This document shows, one piece after another, positions 62,147 to 64,000 of a stretch of 64,000 nucleotides of DNA (the stretch's first letter is position 1; the number at the start of each line of letters is the position of its first letter). The DNA comes from a virus (lineage: Duplodnaviria > Caudoviricetes), in IMG/VR virus record IMGVR_UViG_3300037424_000993, positions 11,518 to 75,517 of that record, one strand, 5' to 3'. A program made the translations under genes and the position numbers. Below the pieces are notes generated by a model that ran no database searches, was not told the origin of the DNA, and saw nothing but the letters and a program-made list of their open reading frames with translations.

Positions 62147-62598
62147 TTCAACCCCCCACCCAACGCCGCATCAAACGGCGTCTTCAGTTTCTTGCCCCTC
62201 ATATCACTAAGCAAATCGAGCATCTTCGCCCGGTGCTCCTCGCCGATAACTCCCGCGCCATCACAGAAGTCACAATCGCCGACGTCCCAATCGGGTTCGT
62301 CAGGTATCACGTCTTCGCTATCGAGCTTATCGAGCCACGCGGTAGCGTCTGCGGTCAGTTCAATACCTGACCCGCAGCAATACGGGCACCGCTGCGCCAT
62401 AAGCGCGGCCCACCCGGACTTTGCTTGAACATCGATCTCGCGCTTGGCTTGGTTGCGCCTCTCTCGCTCGATCATGTCACGAAGACGCTCGGACTCTCGA
62501 GACCAGAAGGCCCAGCACAGTACTACGCACATGGCGAACACGGCGCCAGTCAACGCTATCATGAGCGCGATTGGAACTCTTGCTTCATCCCAGTTCAT
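62143..62598 (-). CDS. membrane-anchored protein with DnaJ-like CxxCxGxG motifs
   Basis: N-terminal TM; CPYCCGSG and CDFCDGAG. Confidence 0.55.
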   Translation of the reverse strand: MNWDEARVPIALMIALTGAVFAMCVVLCWAFWSRESERLRDMIERERRNQAKREIDVQAKSGWAALMAQRCPYCCGSGIELTADATAWLDKLDSEDVIPDEPDWDVGDCDFCDGAGVIGEEHRAKMLDLLSDMRGKKLKTPFDAALGGGLK

Positions 62599-62828
62599 TA
62601 GTCCGTCCCACTCCTATCAAAACACTCACACGATGCCTTAGGTAGTTTGCATAAGCCGCACCTATCATCGGGCGCGGGAAAGTTCGGGCACTTGCTAGTG
62701 TGACTGATACCAGCGTGACTTCCGTCGACGTATTCTACAGGTCGACATCCGGCTTCTACGCACTGCATAGCTATGTGCATCAACGGGTACCCGCGAGTTA
62801 GGACCAGGGGTTTATTATTGGACATCAC
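62598..62828 (-). CDS. small Cys-rich protein
   Basis: CVEAGC...HTSKC...CGLC...CEC. Confidence 0.5.
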   Translation of the reverse strand: MMSNNKPLVLTRGYPLMHIAMQCVEAGCRPVEYVDGSHAGISHTSKCPNFPAPDDRCGLCKLPKASCECFDRSGTD

Positions 62829-63148
62829 TCCGTCTCGCTCCTCTCATGGCAAACGCAATCAGAACACCGCCGATCGCAATCGGTACACGGCCACTTCGCC
62901 TGATACTCGCGCCACACAAGCTCAAGCGAGCCGCGTGACCACTGGTTATCATCGCACGCATACAGCGCCGCCATCTCGAAGAGCCCATGCGAACGAAGCC
63001 AGCTGTCGAATCCGGGTACACTCATCACTTCCTCACTTCCCAAGCCACCCGCATCAACACCCGCATGCACTCCGCAACCACGCGGGCCAACAGCGGACGC
63101 CGGTCGGGGTAGTGGACGGTGGTGCCGCCAGTAATTCGCATGGTTCAA
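62825..63148 (-). CDS. hypothetical protein (true start may be downstream)
   Basis: GTGA overlap at the 3' end; WPCTDCDRRCSDCVC. Confidence 0.4.
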   Translation of the reverse strand: MNHANYWRHHRPLPRPASAVGPRGCGVHAGVDAGGLGSEEVMSVPGFDSWLRSHGLFEMAALYACDDNQWSRGSLELVWREYQAKWPCTDCDRRCSDCVCHERSETE

Positions 63149-63693
63149 TGTCCAAAGTTAAATCCAAGCACATAGACCTCGCCGTCTGGGCCAAGCGCCT
63201 GCCAGTCGGCAAAGCCGCAACACCCGTGCTTCTTCTGCATCCGATACCTTCGCATCTGAGCGGTATTGCCCACTCTAGCGACTCGCGCGTTGTCTACGCA
63301 ACTAAGCCCCTTAGCTTCTCGCTGAATCTCATTTGATGCCCACCGCACGATCTTGCCCGGCAGCACAGTGTCCCACTCTTTGCGCTTACTCTCATGATGC
63401 TCTCGCCGGAACTGCTTGTAGCAAACAAGCGCGAAGGGTTTTCCAGCAAAGAGCCACAGCAGGAACTTCCTAATTGATCGCCAGTAGTTCTTGTCTTCGC
63501 TACTGGTATCGACGCTCAAAACCACATCGTCGCTCAACGTGCGACGCAGCCAGGTTTGCTTCCAGCGCCAAGCACTACCGTCGCCAGGCTCCAAATGCAC
63601 AACTCGCAGCTCTATTGAGTTACACGCAACATAGGTATCCCTATCCAACCAGAAGCGCCAGTCTTGTTCGCTGAGTTTCATCGGCTGCACCAC
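63145..63693 (-). CDS. hypothetical protein
   Basis: 182-aa ORF, Trp-rich, ATGA coupled. Confidence 0.55.
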   Translation of the reverse strand: MVQPMKLSEQDWRFWLDRDTYVACNSIELRVVHLEPGDGSAWRWKQTWLRRTLSDDVVLSVDTSSEDKNYWRSIRKFLLWLFAGKPFALVCYKQFRREHHESKRKEWDTVLPGKIVRWASNEIQREAKGLSCVDNARVARVGNTAQMRRYRMQKKHGCCGFADWQALGPDGEVYVLGFNFGH

Positions 63694-63932
63694 CTAGCCA
63701 CTCGCACCCCAAACACGTAGAGGGCGCGGTAGTACATACATGGCTCAGTGTCGATAGCGATCGGCGTCAGCACATGGTGCCAATCGAAAACGCGGAAAGT
63801 GTCGTACTCGTTAAGTATCATATCGCAACTCTCCACATCTCCGATACTCCAACCGCTCTGCCGACTCGCACGTTGCGAAACAACAACCCTGGACGCGCTC
63901 CGAGCGACTGTTTGCGTATCAAAGAACCCCAA
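63678..63932 (-). CDS. hypothetical protein (start uncertain)
   Basis: ORF track; same-strand continuation of the operon. Confidence 0.35.
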   Translation of the reverse strand: MGFFDTQTVARSASRVVVSQRASRQSGWSIGDVESCDMILNEYDTFRVFDWHHVLTPIAIDTEPCMYYRALYVFGVRVARWCSR

Positions 63933-64000
63933 AACTTTGCAGCTTCTCTCGATAGCCTTGCCCGAAGTTGGCGCATGGTCTCGCTGTGAGCTGTTAGCGG

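Overview
The window is 64 kb of one temperate phage genome (GC-rich) in its excised, attP-joined form; no host genes are visible. Layout: (i) a leftward operon from a mirror-symmetric divergent promoter pair at about 7.7 kb. It carries a Cro-like HTH, a P63C antirepressor, an initiator-like tRNA-Met immediately followed by a full tmRNA, a YfdP/YfdQ-like pair, Xis and a tyrosine integrase. The integrase ORF runs through attP (the 3' half of a tRNA-Leu(GAG)) and is coupled to further genes beyond it. (ii) A rightward early region with DEDDh exonuclease, YqaJ exonuclease, RecT and an HNH protein, then small ORFs each preceded by a 21-bp palindromic repeat. (iii) A long minus-strand late region: SF2 helicase, Zn-finger regulators, lambda-type terminase/portal/S49 protease/gpD/gpE head, and a Mu-type contractile tail with a -1 frameshifted chaperone. 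The tail also has fibres, a GNAT gene and a plus-strand two-gene moron. The lysis cassette contains a holin-lipoprotein fusion, an S1A serine protease, an alpha/beta-hydrolase-CHAP fusion, a transglycosylase-like protein and two unannotated micro membrane peptides. A myxobacterial (Myxococcota) host is an inference only, from the Mx8-like int/attP layout, the P63C domain and the Cys-rich lipoprotein. No CI-type repressor, primase or replication initiator is visible, so the genome probably extends beyond the window. All product calls come from motif reading, not database searches.
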